DNA from: Moniliella sp. 'wahieum'
Taxonomy: Eukaryota
Length of the DNA: 64,000 nt
Direction of reading: 5' to 3'
Assembly: GCA_003971905.1 (NCBI GenBank)
Contig: RSEE01000048.1
Coordinates: forward strand, 186,001-250,000
Shown here in pieces: positions 40,280 through 53,080 of this stretch (the first letter of the stretch is position 1; the number at the start of each line of letters is the position of its first letter). The translations under genes and the position numbers were made by a program. A model generated the notes under the pieces. It saw nothing but the letters and a program-made list of their open reading frames with translations. It searched no databases and was not told the DNA's origin.

Positions 40280-41556
40280 ATGAGCGACGAGCAGGACAAC
40301 TTCTCCCGCCTTGCCGCAGCCGCCGCTGCGCTCGCCGGCACTGACAAGCGCCGCGAGCGTCCGTACAAATGCCCACTGTGCCCCCGCGCCTTTTCTCGCT
40401 ACGAGCACCAGCGCCGTCACATCCTTACCCACACGGGCGAAAAGCCCTGGATGTGCGAATTTCTCGGGTGCGGCAAACGCTTCAGCCGTCGCGACGAACT
40501 CGTTCGCCACGCCCGCGTCCACGAGGATGGTAGCCTGACTCGTCGTCGCGTCCGCAAATCCGCTACCACGTCCCCATCTTCTTCCGCCTCCGCCTCCGTG
40601 CCCGGACGCCGAGCTCCCTATCCCGTCTCCATCTCTGTTCCCCACTCGCGGGGACCTTCGAGCTCGCCACCTCCCATGCCATTTGCGGGTACGTCAGCGC
40701 CAACGTCTGCGCTGGGGTCGCCTATTGCGGAAGTCCAGGTTGAGTTGGAAAATGACAGCGAGGAGAGCGAGGACGGGGTGGATCTAGCCGCAGAGGGACT
40801 GAGTGCGGCTGCGCGGCAAGCACCTTATCCCTGCGCATTTTGTACTCGCGCCTTTTTTCGTTTGGAGCACCATCAGCGCCACCTGATCATTCACACGAGC
40901 AGCAAACCCTTCCTTTGTCCCCAAGCGGGCTGCAATAAGCGGTTTCGCCTGTCTGAGGAGCTGAACCGTCACCTCTCCGCTTGCAACTCCCACCCCCAGC
41001 CCATCGTTGCTCCTGGACCGGACTTTGCTCCACCCCAGCCAACGGGGGAAAATGGAAAGAAACGACCTGGTCGCCCTCGCACAGCCTACTATGGCACCTA
41101 CCCTCCCACTCCCGGAGCAGCGCTGGCCCTGTTGGCCGAACAAGAGCTGCAAGCCATGAGGGCCAATCCTTCCTCCGACTTCCACACCCGTCCCGTCACT
41201 TACACCCCCTCTGGGTCCGCTGAGCCAAGCGCCAACCCACATCCCGCCACGTCTACCTCCCCGCTCCTCCGACCCACCAGGACGGCCCGAGCGACGCGGC
41301 TACGAATGTGGTCCCCAGTTTCCCCCTTGCCGCTGCACCCCCGTATGTCCCGAACTTCGCGCCCCCCCTTGGTTCCGCTCCCACCGTCTCTGCTCAGCCT
41401 ACTTTCCCTCACCTCCTCTCACCGACCCAGCAGGTAGAAGCAGCCAAGAGTGGACCCAATGACCCTGAAGTTCCCCCGCCGCCCTCTCCCCCGCCCGCCC
41501 CGATGATTCCCGCAGTCCCCCCTCATTTCGAACAGGCCGAGGCACCGGACGCGTAA
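40280..41556 (+). CDS. C2H2 zinc-finger transcription factor, CreA/Mig1-like, with two finger pairs
   Basis: [55 protein letters not shown] and a second related pair [50 protein letters not shown]. Pro-rich tail with a frameshift. Confidence 0.9.
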
Positions 41557-42325
41557 TTGGCGGTATTCGCTCCTTTTTTTCTCCCTTCTTTCTCCCTATC
41601 CCACTGGCGCTTACGTTGGTCTATCGTTCCTGTTTGAGCGTAGTGGGTGTGGTAGGAGTAGTTCTCCGGGGAAACAGGTAGTCCCGGTATACATCCTTCA
41701 TACCGTGATCAGTTTGCTCCCCATAGCCCCATCGTTGGGACCGACGAGCGCTACATGAGCATGCGACGGGAGGCAAAAGGAGAAGTCATATTATAGCGGA
41801 CGGGGCCGCGGACTGGACAATGAAACGGGATCAACAATCCGTCCTAGTCAACGTCCCTTCGGGTTCCGATGTTTTCTCGCTTCTGGTTTCCCTGTGCTGC
41901 AGTAAGGCTCTGTGGCGACTGAAGGCTGTTTAATGTTCCCAATATGTGTGCGACGGGGCGTCCCCCTTTCGTACTTGAGCTCGTTGGTGGATGCGAGCGG
42001 AGCTAGGGACAGGGAGTGGCGCTGTAGTGGCCTCTCGGCGTGTAGCAGAAGCGGCTGGGGGTGGCCAGGCTGCGTATGGTGCTTGGGCAGTCGTAACGCG
42101 GGGGACTTGCAGCCACGTGATCCTATCGTGACCCTCAGCTGTGACGCGCTCACGCAACCAACGCGCACGTGACAAGTTACGCGTGCCCAACCAACTGATG
42201 CTCCTCCCCCCCCAAACATCCAGAAACTTTGAAAAGAGGAGAGCGCGTGTTGCGTTGATCTGGGGGCTGTCCACCCGCGCTTGGCCACGCGCACGCGCGA
42301 CGTCTTGCCACCACCCCTATCGCCA

Positions 42326-43670
42326 ATGCCCCCAGCGCTCTTCACCGACGACCTGAGCTTTGGCGGCAACGTGTCCGGCCTGCTTGATTGCAGCACCGAT
42401 GCTCTGGACGACCTCAAGCCGTCCACCACCCAAGCAGACCCGAGTCGCATCCGTCCTTCACCCGCCAAGGCCCGGCTTTCGCGTGCCGCCAAGTCGCGGC
42501 CCAGCTGGGGACCTCCTCCCACTGATGTGCACCACCAGGGACTGCGTCTACTCGATGGTCTTGCTGAACCCCCTCAATGGCCCTTGAGCGAGGTGCAGGA
42601 CCAAACCAGTGCCGATACTGGTACAGGTTCAAACGCGAGTCAAACCGCGCCAAGCACCAGTGGTTGAATCTAGCACAACGGGATCGAAGGTCCGACTGGG
42701 AGGGATTGAACGCGGTAAGGGGAAACCTAGGTTTTCTCTTTGCCAAGCCAGCGTATGCACCGCTAAGCGCATCCCAAGCGCTACGGCCAGTTCCTCACAG
42801 TCCGCGAGTGCTCCCGTGGCACCAGCACTTTCTCCCTCGTCGGTGACGTGTCCATGCCTCTTGCGTCTAATGGTTTGGAGGCATCGCCCACTGCTGTGCC
42901 TTCATCAGATAGCCAGGGGCCTCTGCCCACGCGGGACGAGTATATCAACGAAATCGGTCAATTGCGGGCCTTGAACAATGTTTTTAGCAACTACGACGCC
43001 ATGCTCCAAGGTACGGCTGACCACATTGATGTGAGTGTAGATTTTTCTTTCTTCGCTTGTGAGTCCACACTTCTGACACTCTATCGTTATTAGGTTGTGG
43101 CTTCGCGAGTGCACGATGAACCAACTTCTGGATATTTACATCGATTTTCTGCGCCGCTCGCAGCAAATCCATACCCTTCTTACCGATCCATCTTGGCAAG
43201 GGATTAGCGAGGAAGGACGCTTACATGACGAAGCAGTTACCGCAGCAGCTCATGCGGCTGCTAAGCGTCAAGCCGAAGCCGAGGCCAAACAACGGGAAGA
43301 GGAGGCACAACGCGTGGCCCAACAAGAAGCTGCTCGCAGACGTACCGAGGCTGCAGCGTCGTCCAACCGTTTGGGCCCGGCGCTCTACTGCCCCTCGAGG
43401 ACGTGGCGGTCGGACTGCCAGTGCTTCAACCTCTGCATCGGGTCGTGCGGCGCCTTTGAGCCGCTCTGCTTCAAGCCGAGGTGCTATGGCGGGCCGATCA
43501 AGCCGAGCGGCGGCGCCCTCACAAGGCGGTGGCCCGCCACACGATCCTCCACGTCGGTCTCAGCCACGTCGGGTGCAAGGGCCGGCAAGAGAGTAAGTGG
43601 CATTCCTCGTCCCTCAGTCGCTGGGGGCAGGTATAGCCACACCCAGAGTTCAGGCCAGGGGCGTCGGTAG
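42326..43670 (+). CDS. DUO1: DASH/Dam1 kinetochore complex subunit Duo1
   Basis: 'LRALNNVFSNYDAMLQGTADHID', intron 43031-43093, then 'MNQLLDIYIDFLRRSQQIHTLLTDPSWQG' followed by a charged coiled coil and an Arg/Ser-rich tail. This is the typical fungal Duo1 layout. Confidence 0.8.
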
Positions 43671-44088
43671 GCCGATGGGTTGGGGGTCCAATGTCGATAC
43701 AGTGTGATTTATGATGCTGATTCCTATTGACGTGTTGATGGACGAGGCGTTCTTATAGAGCCCAGCGAGCGGCTTGGACGAGCGAGAGAGAGTTGCAGTG
43801 GCGAAAAGCGGGCGGGATTGCGCAAGGGGATGCGTATTGGCGAAGTACAGCCGCTGCGTGTTTGGTCACGTGCCGAGGGATGAACGTTTCAGTGGAACAA
43901 CACAGAGGAGCACGTGATCCCCATGGCTGATGCTGGCGCTGTGCCGCGGTCGCGCGAGTATCTACCTCGTCCTCTGCGCGGTGGGGCGCCACTGGGGCAA
44001 AACACCACCAACCTCCTCGGCAGTCCTTGGCCTTCGTCCCACCACCTCTGCCCCCCTCGCCCTGCTTGTGCGCCAGCCCCCCGTCGCC

Positions 44089-47000
44089 ATGGATCCATAC
44101 GCGTCGCTGGCGTCGCCCGCCGTGTCCACCCCGCGCAAGGCAGCGCGCGCGTCCACCGCAGTCGTAGGCGCCACCCCACACCGCGGCGCCAAAGACCGCA
44201 CGAAGCGCACACGCGCCATGCGCTCGCCTCTCGCACCCCTTCCTTCCTGCCCTCCTGCCCTCAGCCCGCCATCTCCTTTCCTCAAGTCCAATAACAAACT
44301 TGCTCCCAGCCCCAACCCCCGTGCGCGCAAGTCCATCCGGCCTGCGTCCGCACGTGGTGAGCGAACCTTCCTGCCACCAACGCTCGCATCTCGGCACCTG
44401 TCTCCCGCCCCAACCAGGGCGAAGCCAAGCCTCAGAGTGATGGTGTATCCCGCCTGCGCAAGGCCAATAGGCACCGGGCCAGCTTGAGAGCTGATGCTTC
44501 ACTTGTTGCTGAAGCCAAGGCTCATGGCTGGGACCGCCCCTGCAGCCGGAGCCTCCAGTCGAGGTGGTTTGGGTCGATCCTCCTTCTGCTGCCGCTGCCC
44601 CTGATTCTTCTACTCGAAAGAATCGAAGGTCCATTGAACGTTCTGCCCTTGCTCCGCGTAAGAGCCACACCGGATTGGTTCAGTCGGCCCCTCGTTCAGG
44701 GCCTCGAAATGACGGCAAGCCTCGTCACCCGCCCACACTATCGCCGCGACCCCTGCTGCGACATTTGCCACCCCCCACCGCTCTCTTCTCCCCTTTATCC
44801 CTGTCCCCTGAGCCCAAGCGATGACCCACTTTTGCTGAAACCGGTCGAACGTCCTGCTCGGGCTGTTCTCCCGGTAGTAAGCCAAACCAGCTTTTCCCGC
44901 ACCAGCTCGGCCGAGACCAATTGGGCCCCGGCTCCTGGCCACGGGATCCTCGCCAGTGAAGGGGAAGACTCGGACGAGGACCCGGACCAGAGCTTTACTA
45001 CCGAGGCATTGAACGACATGCGCAATCGAACGGCCCGTCTCACTTCTTTCCAATCGCCTCCATTGCCCTCTCCTCACCCCCACGCCCCCTGCGAAAGACG
45101 CAACTGTCGAACCAACCTCAGCCCGGCTCCTCTGTTGGGCGTGAGTGACATGGCGCATGATGATGGTGGTACGTGCAGATTTGCTTTGTCTCTTCCACTC
45201 TACCATATCGGTACTGACCTTGCTTTAGATGACGACGGTTGGACCAGCGAGGCTGAAGAACCATGGGGCAATGACGTGCCGCCAATGAACGACGATGATG
45301 CTCTGACTTTGGTTGGGGGCTCGCAACAATCTGCAACGACCCAAGTGGCGCACGATATGGAGAATGACATTCCGCCTATTTCGGGCCAGTCTCTGAAGCA
45401 GCTCGAAAAGTCTGGTATGCCTGCTCTGGCGGCGCCAGGTTTGTGCCCATCCTCGAGCCCATCTATGCCAAGTTCGATACTTTCCAGGACTTCAACCGGT
45501 CATTCTCTCCTTCTCGCTCGGAGTTGGGCGTGGGGCCAGCGCTCGCTCTCCGCTGCTCCTCTGAAAAGGCTGTCAGCCCCCGCCCCTCGGGTCGAGGTGA
45601 AGGGGAAAGGGAAGACGAGAATGAGGTGGATTGGGAAGATGAGCCGGACGAAGAGATATGACGAGAGGATGAAATCATTCTCCTTAATTCCAGTTTCTCT
45701 CGCAGCGTTTCTTACAATCGCTCCGACTCCAGCCTTGGGGAGCTGACGTTATCCAACGAGGTACCACGGATCAAGGTCAGGTGAGCCTCGCATCAATCAG
45801 GAGGACGCTTCTGAATGCGAAGGAATGTCCCCCCCGCATAAAGTGCATGCGACCCCTCTATTCACTGTTTATGATGGTGCACTGGAGCCCCCGGCTGGTC
45901 CCGATGAGGAGGACGACGACCTTGAGCCGAATTTGGAGGACCTCCCACAAGCGGACGCTGCTGTTGTTCAAAGGCACTTTGCCGAGGAAGCAGACCGAGT
46001 CGAGTTGGAAGAACGTGCGTTCCACGACCACACTTTCGGACAGCTGCATACATTGCAAGACGCGGAGGAGGCTCTTGACGAGGCTGAGGTATCAATGGCT
46101 GCTGTATCGATGGCCGTTCAGCCTTCTCTGTCTATCGAAGGCAGCCACGTATTTTCTCAGTGCCCCGCAAGTGAAAACCAATCAGATCACCAAGAAGCTG
46201 ATGCGGATGTCTCAATGGCGTCTTGTACCCGCTCGGTTCAAGACGGCGACTGCTCAGATATCATTGATACCCGCTTGATTGACCAGTCCCTGGCCTCATT
46301 CCCCCCATGGGCTCGTTCGCTACCCAGACTACGGAAGCTGTTGGCAAGCCGTGCGGCCGTGGCTCAGCTGCTGCACCGGCGCCAACTTCCTCAGCTCCTC
46401 CCGCCCCAACACCACCTCCTATGGTCTTACCCGTTGCTCCGCCTGCCGTGTTTAACAAGTCAACAGTGCTTCCTCGAGCCGACCAATCTACGGACACTAG
46501 TTCCATTTCCTTTGGACTTCGCTGATGGCGGCCCGCAGTGTTATTCTGAACAAGTCGACGCCCTCTTGTCCCGCATCGACCGCGCTTCCCTCCTCATTAC
46601 CATCGACCAAGAAGCCCAACTTCGCAATCTGGCATCGCAAGGACTGGAACCTGCTAGAAGCCACTTGATTGACGCACTCGAGGCCAATCCTGCCTGGATT
46701 CACGCGGACACGACTGTTGCTCGGATCGAGGCAGTGGAGCAAACGCGTACAGGACCTGTGGTAGACCAGTTCCTAAAGGACTATGGATGGATCTAACCCA
46801 AATCCCGCAGTGGTCGAAAAAGGACCATGCCGAGCTTTCCATGGCTTTGAGCGCAGCGGACCGCACCAGCGCTCACTTGCCAGAGGGGGTCCCGCGGTGG
46901 AGCGAACGCGCCATTTCTGCTCGTGCGGCCTCGTTGCGTGCCAGCTTCGCCGCGTTGGTCAAGGCTCATGTGCTTCACCCAGGCACGGTCCGCTCTGACT

Positions 47001-48399
47001 TGGCTCGCTACCGTCGCCACTCCTCGGCTGCGGGTCACGAGACTGAGGAGGACAAGTCTCGCTCCTCGCCTTGCACAGTACCCCCACGCGTGCACAGGAT
47101 TCCTATCCGTCACGCCGGCATCCCCTTGCCAACGAGATTACCACTGCCCAGCATGCGACGTGACCCAACCGACTGTTGCGGAGACTGCATTGGTGCCTTC
47201 TCCGCCTCCGCCTCCGCCCCCGCCTTTTGTGCAGGAGCCACACAACAGCGGAATCGACACGGAAAACATGTCTTCTTCTCGCAGTTTGCTTCAGGAATAC
47301 CGTGCTCTGGTTGATGCCAGCGGTATGGTAAAGCGGCCTGCGCCCGAAGGCCCCGTAGGGCAGAGCTTGCTGGACACCTTGGCGTCCTCAAAAGGCTCTA
47401 CCTCAGCTTCCATGATCCAAGCAAACCACCAGTCCCGGCTCCGGTTCCCGTCCCGCACTCTGCCGTTGCGTTGCCGGACGAGAGTTCCTCGACGCTGGGA
47501 AAAATCGACATGGCTTGCGTTGAGTCCCGACCCCGCTTTAACCGCGGCACGTCCATGGTACACCCGACGATCATTTGTATGCTGGGCGACGCTGGTCTGG
47601 CCGAGGCTCGAAGGGTGGCTGCTCAGCTGGCCGAACGACGCAAAGGACAAAGTGCCCAACCCCGGATCCAGAGCAGCCGCCAGCCGACTCGGGCGCTTCC
47701 TGGCTCTGGCTCCCGCCTAGTCAAACCAACTGCCTGTGCGACTGTCCCAATCACGAACCAACGAACCAACCATCGGTCCGTCCCGCCTTGGCGCCTATAC
47801 CCCCGCCTTCTCAAGTTTCTGTGGCCGAGGTGCAAGCGACCCTTGCTACGCACCCTACGGTGCGGAAGCAATGGACGAGTCCATCAAAGGGACGTCCCTC
47901 CGCTGCGGGCTTCCGCGTTGGCTCTCCCCTAGCCCGGCTCTCCGTGCTCGGAACGCCCAGAGCCGGGCTTGGCGCAGCCCCTTGACGGCGCGGAGGGAAG
48001 CACAGGCTGCTGAAGCGCGTCGCCACGCTTCTCGTTGGGCGCAGGAAGACACCAGTGCGTCACGGACGGGGGTGTGGAAGTCGCCACTGACATTGCGCCG
48101 GGAGAAAGCGTTAGCGGCGGCCCCTTTGCCACTACTTGCCGAGCTTTCCTCTGACCTTAGTGCCCGGGCCGTGGCACGCAAGGCGTGGCGCAGTCCGCGG
48201 ACCGCCAAGCGCCACGCCCGCGGGCCAAATGAGACTGCGCCTGCCCCCCGTCTCTCGGCGGCACGGCAGCGTCGGTGGCGGAGCGGACCCAGCGCTTTGC
48301 CAACTTGAGCCAAGAATAATCTCCATGATCCCGATGATCGATCTCAACGATCTCAAAGATCTTTCTTACTCGCACCCCCAACCGTTCATCCCTTTCTAA
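44089..48399 (+). CDS. Large hypothetical, mostly low-complexity protein (basic termini, acidic middle)
   Basis: Contiguous overlapping plus-strand ORFs from MDPYASLASP (44089) to ..PMIDLNDLKDLSYSHPQPFIPF* (48399). No family recognised. Could be more than one gene. Confidence 0.55.
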
Positions 48400-48624
48400 C
48401 GCACGCCGCGTTACCGTCCGTGGTTGTTCAGCTTCTGCCGTGTGCTTTCGTTCTTTCCTCTTTTTACCCTGTTTATGTTGATGGCCCTTGCGCCGTATGC
48501 CCTACGGGCGAATTATTTCGGAGTGCTTTCCTGGTGCTATACGTCGGGCTCGGAATCTGGAGCCGATTGGTAGAGTAAAATAGTAGTAAAACAGTACGAG
48601 TAGCCCATTGCTGGGATCGCATGG

Positions 48625-50342
48625 TCACACCAGATAGGGGCTGTCAATCACACTGAACCCGACGGCCACGCCGCCTTCGTTACTGTCCCGGCCTTTGGTC
48701 CGGAGCAAGTGGCCGCCACTAATGTTGTCGACAACTTCCAGCGTCCCATCCGCCCGGCGACCAAAGAGCGAGGTGTCGTAAATTCCGAGTTCGGATACGA
48801 CGTCCGGCGCCAGCGCGGCCCCCGCCGAGCCAGCGCCGGCCTTGACCAAGAGACTGCCCAAGTGGGAGGCTGGATGAGAGACATGAGAATGTACCCCTCC
48901 CGCTCGGAAGGTGCTTGAGAGCCAGCATTGGCCTTGTCCCGCGCCTCCATGGCGTGGAGGGCAGGCGGGATATCGGATTTGTAAATGTTGTTGCCCCGCC
49001 CTCGCGTTGAGGTTTGAGCACGAAGCGATCCGGCTCGGTGAGAGCAAGTTGGTACGCCTTTTGGCCCTCCTCGGAGGCCGGGTCAAGCGAGTAGAGTTCG
49101 GTCCATGTGGACCGGACTTGAGCTAGAGTGGCAGCTTGCCAAGCTTGCGTTCCCTCTTCCTTGGCTTGCGCGTTGGGCTGTAGGAAGGACTCCATCACGC
49201 CTGGCTGAGCCAAGACTTGCTGCACCTTCTTCGCACCGGCCAGCTGAAGTGCCACAGAGGGGCACTTGATCGCCCTGCTACGCTCGAGCAACAACCGTAC
49301 GTCCCAGCTCTTCTCGTTCTGGGCTCCTTCATAATCGGCAGGTGTGTACCCAGCGCGGAAGTACACCACTGACACTTCCACCTCCTCCCCGTCTTCTCCC
49401 TCTCCACCATGGGCCCAAGGGGGCGTGACAAACAGTTCCTTGTTCGGCAGGCGCAGTTTGGCTGCATCATGTTTCGAGGGACCGGATCCAGCCAACTCGG
49501 CAAGAGTGAGTCGGATTGCCTTTACGCCGTGGCGCTGAGCCAAAGCATATTCGAGCGCGCGCTGATCAAATGCGTTCCGCTCGCCTGGCTGAACCACAAA
49601 GAGCACAACGGGGTCGCGCGGAATCTTTTGGATCCGAGGCAAGGCTTGGCGCAAGTAGGCATCGTGGGCGCCCGCAATGCCGGCCGCCAGCGTTACGGTC
49701 GCATCGTTGATTGGGATCGATTCGCCGGCATCCGATCCACGAGAGGAAGGCGGTACCAGCGTACCAAAGTAGTTGCGCGTCAGGCCTGCCAAGTAGCGGT
49801 GCAGTTCCGACACTTGGCTACACAGCGGACCAAACGAGGACGAGATGGTGTTGAATTCGACCTGCTTGATCCCAAGGGCCTGTGGCGATCCGGCGCCAGA
49901 CGGATCGGACGCTTGGTCCAGCAGGTAGTCGGACCGGAACAGACCGAGCTGGAGGTGCTGCGCCACGCCCTCGGCGCGGACCGTCTCGTAGACTTGCCAC
50001 AGCCGATGTTGGAACTGGTCAACGTCGATGACGTGTTGGTCGACAAAGACGGCGCGGAGAAAGGCATCGTCGGCCGCGACGCGGGCGTAGAGCTCATTCA
50101 GAACGGGCTGCAGCTGCTGGGCCTGGGAAAAGAGGGCGGGGGAAGGGCGACGGGAGGAGCGCAAAGGGCGCGTGGATGACGGCGGCCTTGTCGACAGCCT
50201 CGGGCGCAGCGCCGGCGGGCAGCGGCGGGCGGTAGACGAGCCCGTGAGCCAGCGCATAGTCCGTCGCCGTCGCTGTCAGATACGCAATGTGCTCGGCGGT
50301 CAGCTCGGCCGGCGGCCACTCGGGTAGCGGACTGGGGGACAT
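48625..50342 (-). CDS. GSH2: Glutathione synthetase (eukaryotic type)
   Basis: HAPFALLPSPFPR, LGLFRSDYL, KQVEFNTISSSFG, VVYFRAGYTP, LAGAKKVQQVL, VLKPQREGG, SELGIY and GHLLRTK..NEGGVAVGFSVIDSPYLV. Confidence 0.96.
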
Positions 50343-50390
50343 GGGGGGGACGCAGATGGCCAGCGTAGCGCACGGCTCTTTTGCTTGCCG

Positions 50391-50424
50391 CGCTTACAAC
50401 CGCTTGCAACCGCTTGCAACCGCT
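50391..50424. repeat. 10-bp tandem repeat (CGCTT[A/G]CAAC x3) in the GSH2/RPL39 divergent promoter
   Basis: cgcttacaac cgcttgcaac cgcttgcaac cgct, read directly. Confidence 0.85.
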
Positions 50425-50803
50425 CCCTCGCCCGCCGGCCTTTCTTCGTCCGACGAAACGCACGCCGCCATCAGCACGTGACACCCACTGCAGTTGACGC
50501 CACGGCCTGCCGCAGCCTCCGCCTCGCTGACATAATGGCAAAGTTCTATGTTCAACCGTGCCATCAAAATACTGCGGCACATTTACATAGGGTTGCCTGG
50601 TGCTAACCCTGGCGCCCAGCCCCCCGTACAGCCACCGATGGCCCAGCGGACACCGACGCTTGCCTCTTAGCTACGGATCCCACCCCCACACAGTAGGTGT
50701 GTATCGCACCGCCTCGTACCCGCTCCCACCGGCTGCGCCTGCATCTCTTTCCAGGCCGCATTCTGACCTTTTCTTCTCTCTTTCCTCTGCACTTCTAGTC
50801 GCC

Positions 50804-51093
50804 ATGCCCTCGCACAAGACCTTCCGGACCAAGTCGACTCTTGCCAAGGCGGGCAGGAAGAACCGGTACGTTTCCCTCTCCGCCTTGAACTAAGCATGCG
50901 CACTGCCACCATCGGTCCCATCCACCGGTGTCCATTCTGCGTTTATGCTCGGCCAGCCTCCTCCCCCTTCTCATGACCTTGACTAACCCGCCTTCTCAGC
51001 CCCATCCCTCAGTGGTTCCGCATGAAGACGGACAACAAGATCCAGTACAACAAGTTCCGTCGCAACTGGCGTCGCACCAAGCTTAACATCTAG
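50804..51093 (+). CDS. RPL39: 60S ribosomal protein L39 (eL39)
   Basis: [21 protein letters not shown], intron 50866-50999, then [30 protein letters not shown]. Confidence 0.97.
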
Positions 51094-51607
51094 AGTGGCT
51101 TGGGGCATGCTCACCCATACATGGATTCCTCCCAGTTTGCATGGGCAGTTAACCCCCCTCTCCTAGTCCCTCTCATCTCTGGAGCACGAGACTATGTGTA
51201 CACCGTCTTGAAAGGGACGCTTGGTTGCACGCATCCACGTTCGCGTGGTGTCCAGTTACTCCCTCAGTTCCTGGGCTTTGTGCATCCTGTCACTTTCCAC
51301 CCCGTCCGGCTGTCGACTGCTTTGACGGGGCTAACCCCCAAAATCGTATGCACTGTCTGCATGAGGATTGGATTCCGTAGAATGGTCACTGCGTACATGT
51401 TATGCCACCACGGCTTTCTGGTACCGCGGCAGTGACCATTGAACAGCAGGATATTCGATATGAGATGAGAGAGGCCAACAGTCTGAAACCATAGACGTCC
51501 CACTGAAAAGCCTGTAGGCAGGTCCACGCAAGAGGGAAGACAGAGAGGAAACCGGAGCCATACCAGCCGCCTAGCTAGTCCGGGATGATGTCAATGAAGG
51601 GTGATGA

Positions 51608-52351
51608 TCACCACTCAAGCTCGGCATTGGCCTTCGCAAACAGATAGTCCCTGCCGTCGACCGAGGCAATGCCATCTTTGAACTGGCACTTCCACTTGTT
51701 GCGTACGCGGGCAACCTATTCAGTAGGAAAGGGCAGGACACGGGTCAGCACATGCGCATCCATGCACAGAAGGAGGGTCGACGTACCTTGTCGTACAGGC
51801 ACAAGATCATGTCCTGGTCCCCATCTGCACCCTCCGCGCCGGGCCCATCCCCATCCTCATCTTCATCCGAATCGTCCAGGTCCGAGCCAATTTCGTCGCT
51901 CTGAGGGTCGGGCGCGGGCCTTGGCGCTGGGGGCAGAGGTAGGACTGTCGGACCGCTTGCGCTTACTGCCGGTCGGATCATCGTCGGACAGAGGAGGAGG
52001 CTTCGGCCAATTGCTTGGCCTGGGCCTCGACAGCCTTGCGCTCGGCGCGACTCTGCCGCGGGGAAGCGGTGGCGCGCCTTCAAATTCAGCAACTTGGGAG
52101 TTGATGATCTTCTGCTCCCACAGCCGCTGCAGCTCCTCGAGGTATTCCTTCTCGATGCCTTGGTCCTCAAAGTCAGGTTGGACGCTCTTGATCACATCGT
52201 CAATGATGGTGCGGTAGGCCGAGGACTGCGAATCAGACGGAAGGCCAATGCAGACGCAGAGCACGCGAGGTCAGTATGGGAACGTCGCAGGTACAGGGCA
52301 AGGAACGAAAACAAGCGCCCAGCCAGCACTCACCACCACGCGGTTGCTCAT
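51608..52351 (-). CDS. TOA1: Transcription initiation factor IIA large subunit
   Basis: MSNRVV, intron, YRTIIDDVI..LEELQRLWEQKI, 'DEIGSDLDDSDE', 'MILCLYDK', intron, VARVRNKWKCQFKDGIASVDGRDYLFAKANAELEW*. Confidence 0.95.
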
Positions 52352-53080
52352 CTTGGCGGATCCGGGTCAACACGTCAAGGCGGAGCAGATGGGAGCACAG
52401 CCAGAAACAGCAAGCGAGGGCACGAAGCTGCACTAACGACGCACAGCGGGCTATCGAGGATCAGCGTCAAGCAACGATGGGGCAAAAGCAAGGTGCGATG
52501 GCAACGCAGACAAGCGGTCTGGGTGGCGACCACGGTGGGCGCGACCGAGTCGGTTTAAATAAGGGCTGTGGCCAGGCGGGGGGTTGCGGATGAGGTAAGC
52601 AGTGCGTGGCCACTGCCCCTGTGAGAGCCCCCCACAGGGCCGCAGAACTGCGCGCCTCCGACGAAAGAGCAACGGTGAGCGTGGTGACCGGTGAGCTCAC
52701 AACAGAGGCCCTGTGCCAGAGGACAAGGAAACAGCCGGGTACACTGGCCGTGTGCCATGTTGGGAGGCACGTTGAACGTTCAGACGTTCAGCAGCTGAGC
52801 GCTGCGCTCAAGTTGAGCCTCAACCGAGAACGGCCAGTGGACCCGTGCCTACCCCCGCTGCATCACGTGCCAGGCGCCAGGAGGCCGCCTGGGCAGGATG
52901 CATGATGTGTACTGGTTGATGCATGATGCCTCCGACCCCATCGAGCGTAGAGCGACCTCGACCGCGTCTCTACACTCTGCCGGACTCACACCGCTGCCAC
53001 GCTCCCCCCCTCCCCCCGCACCCGTCCCTGGGTTGTCCTCTCCACACGCCCTCGTGTCCTGTTCCTCCGCACGCGCCAGC

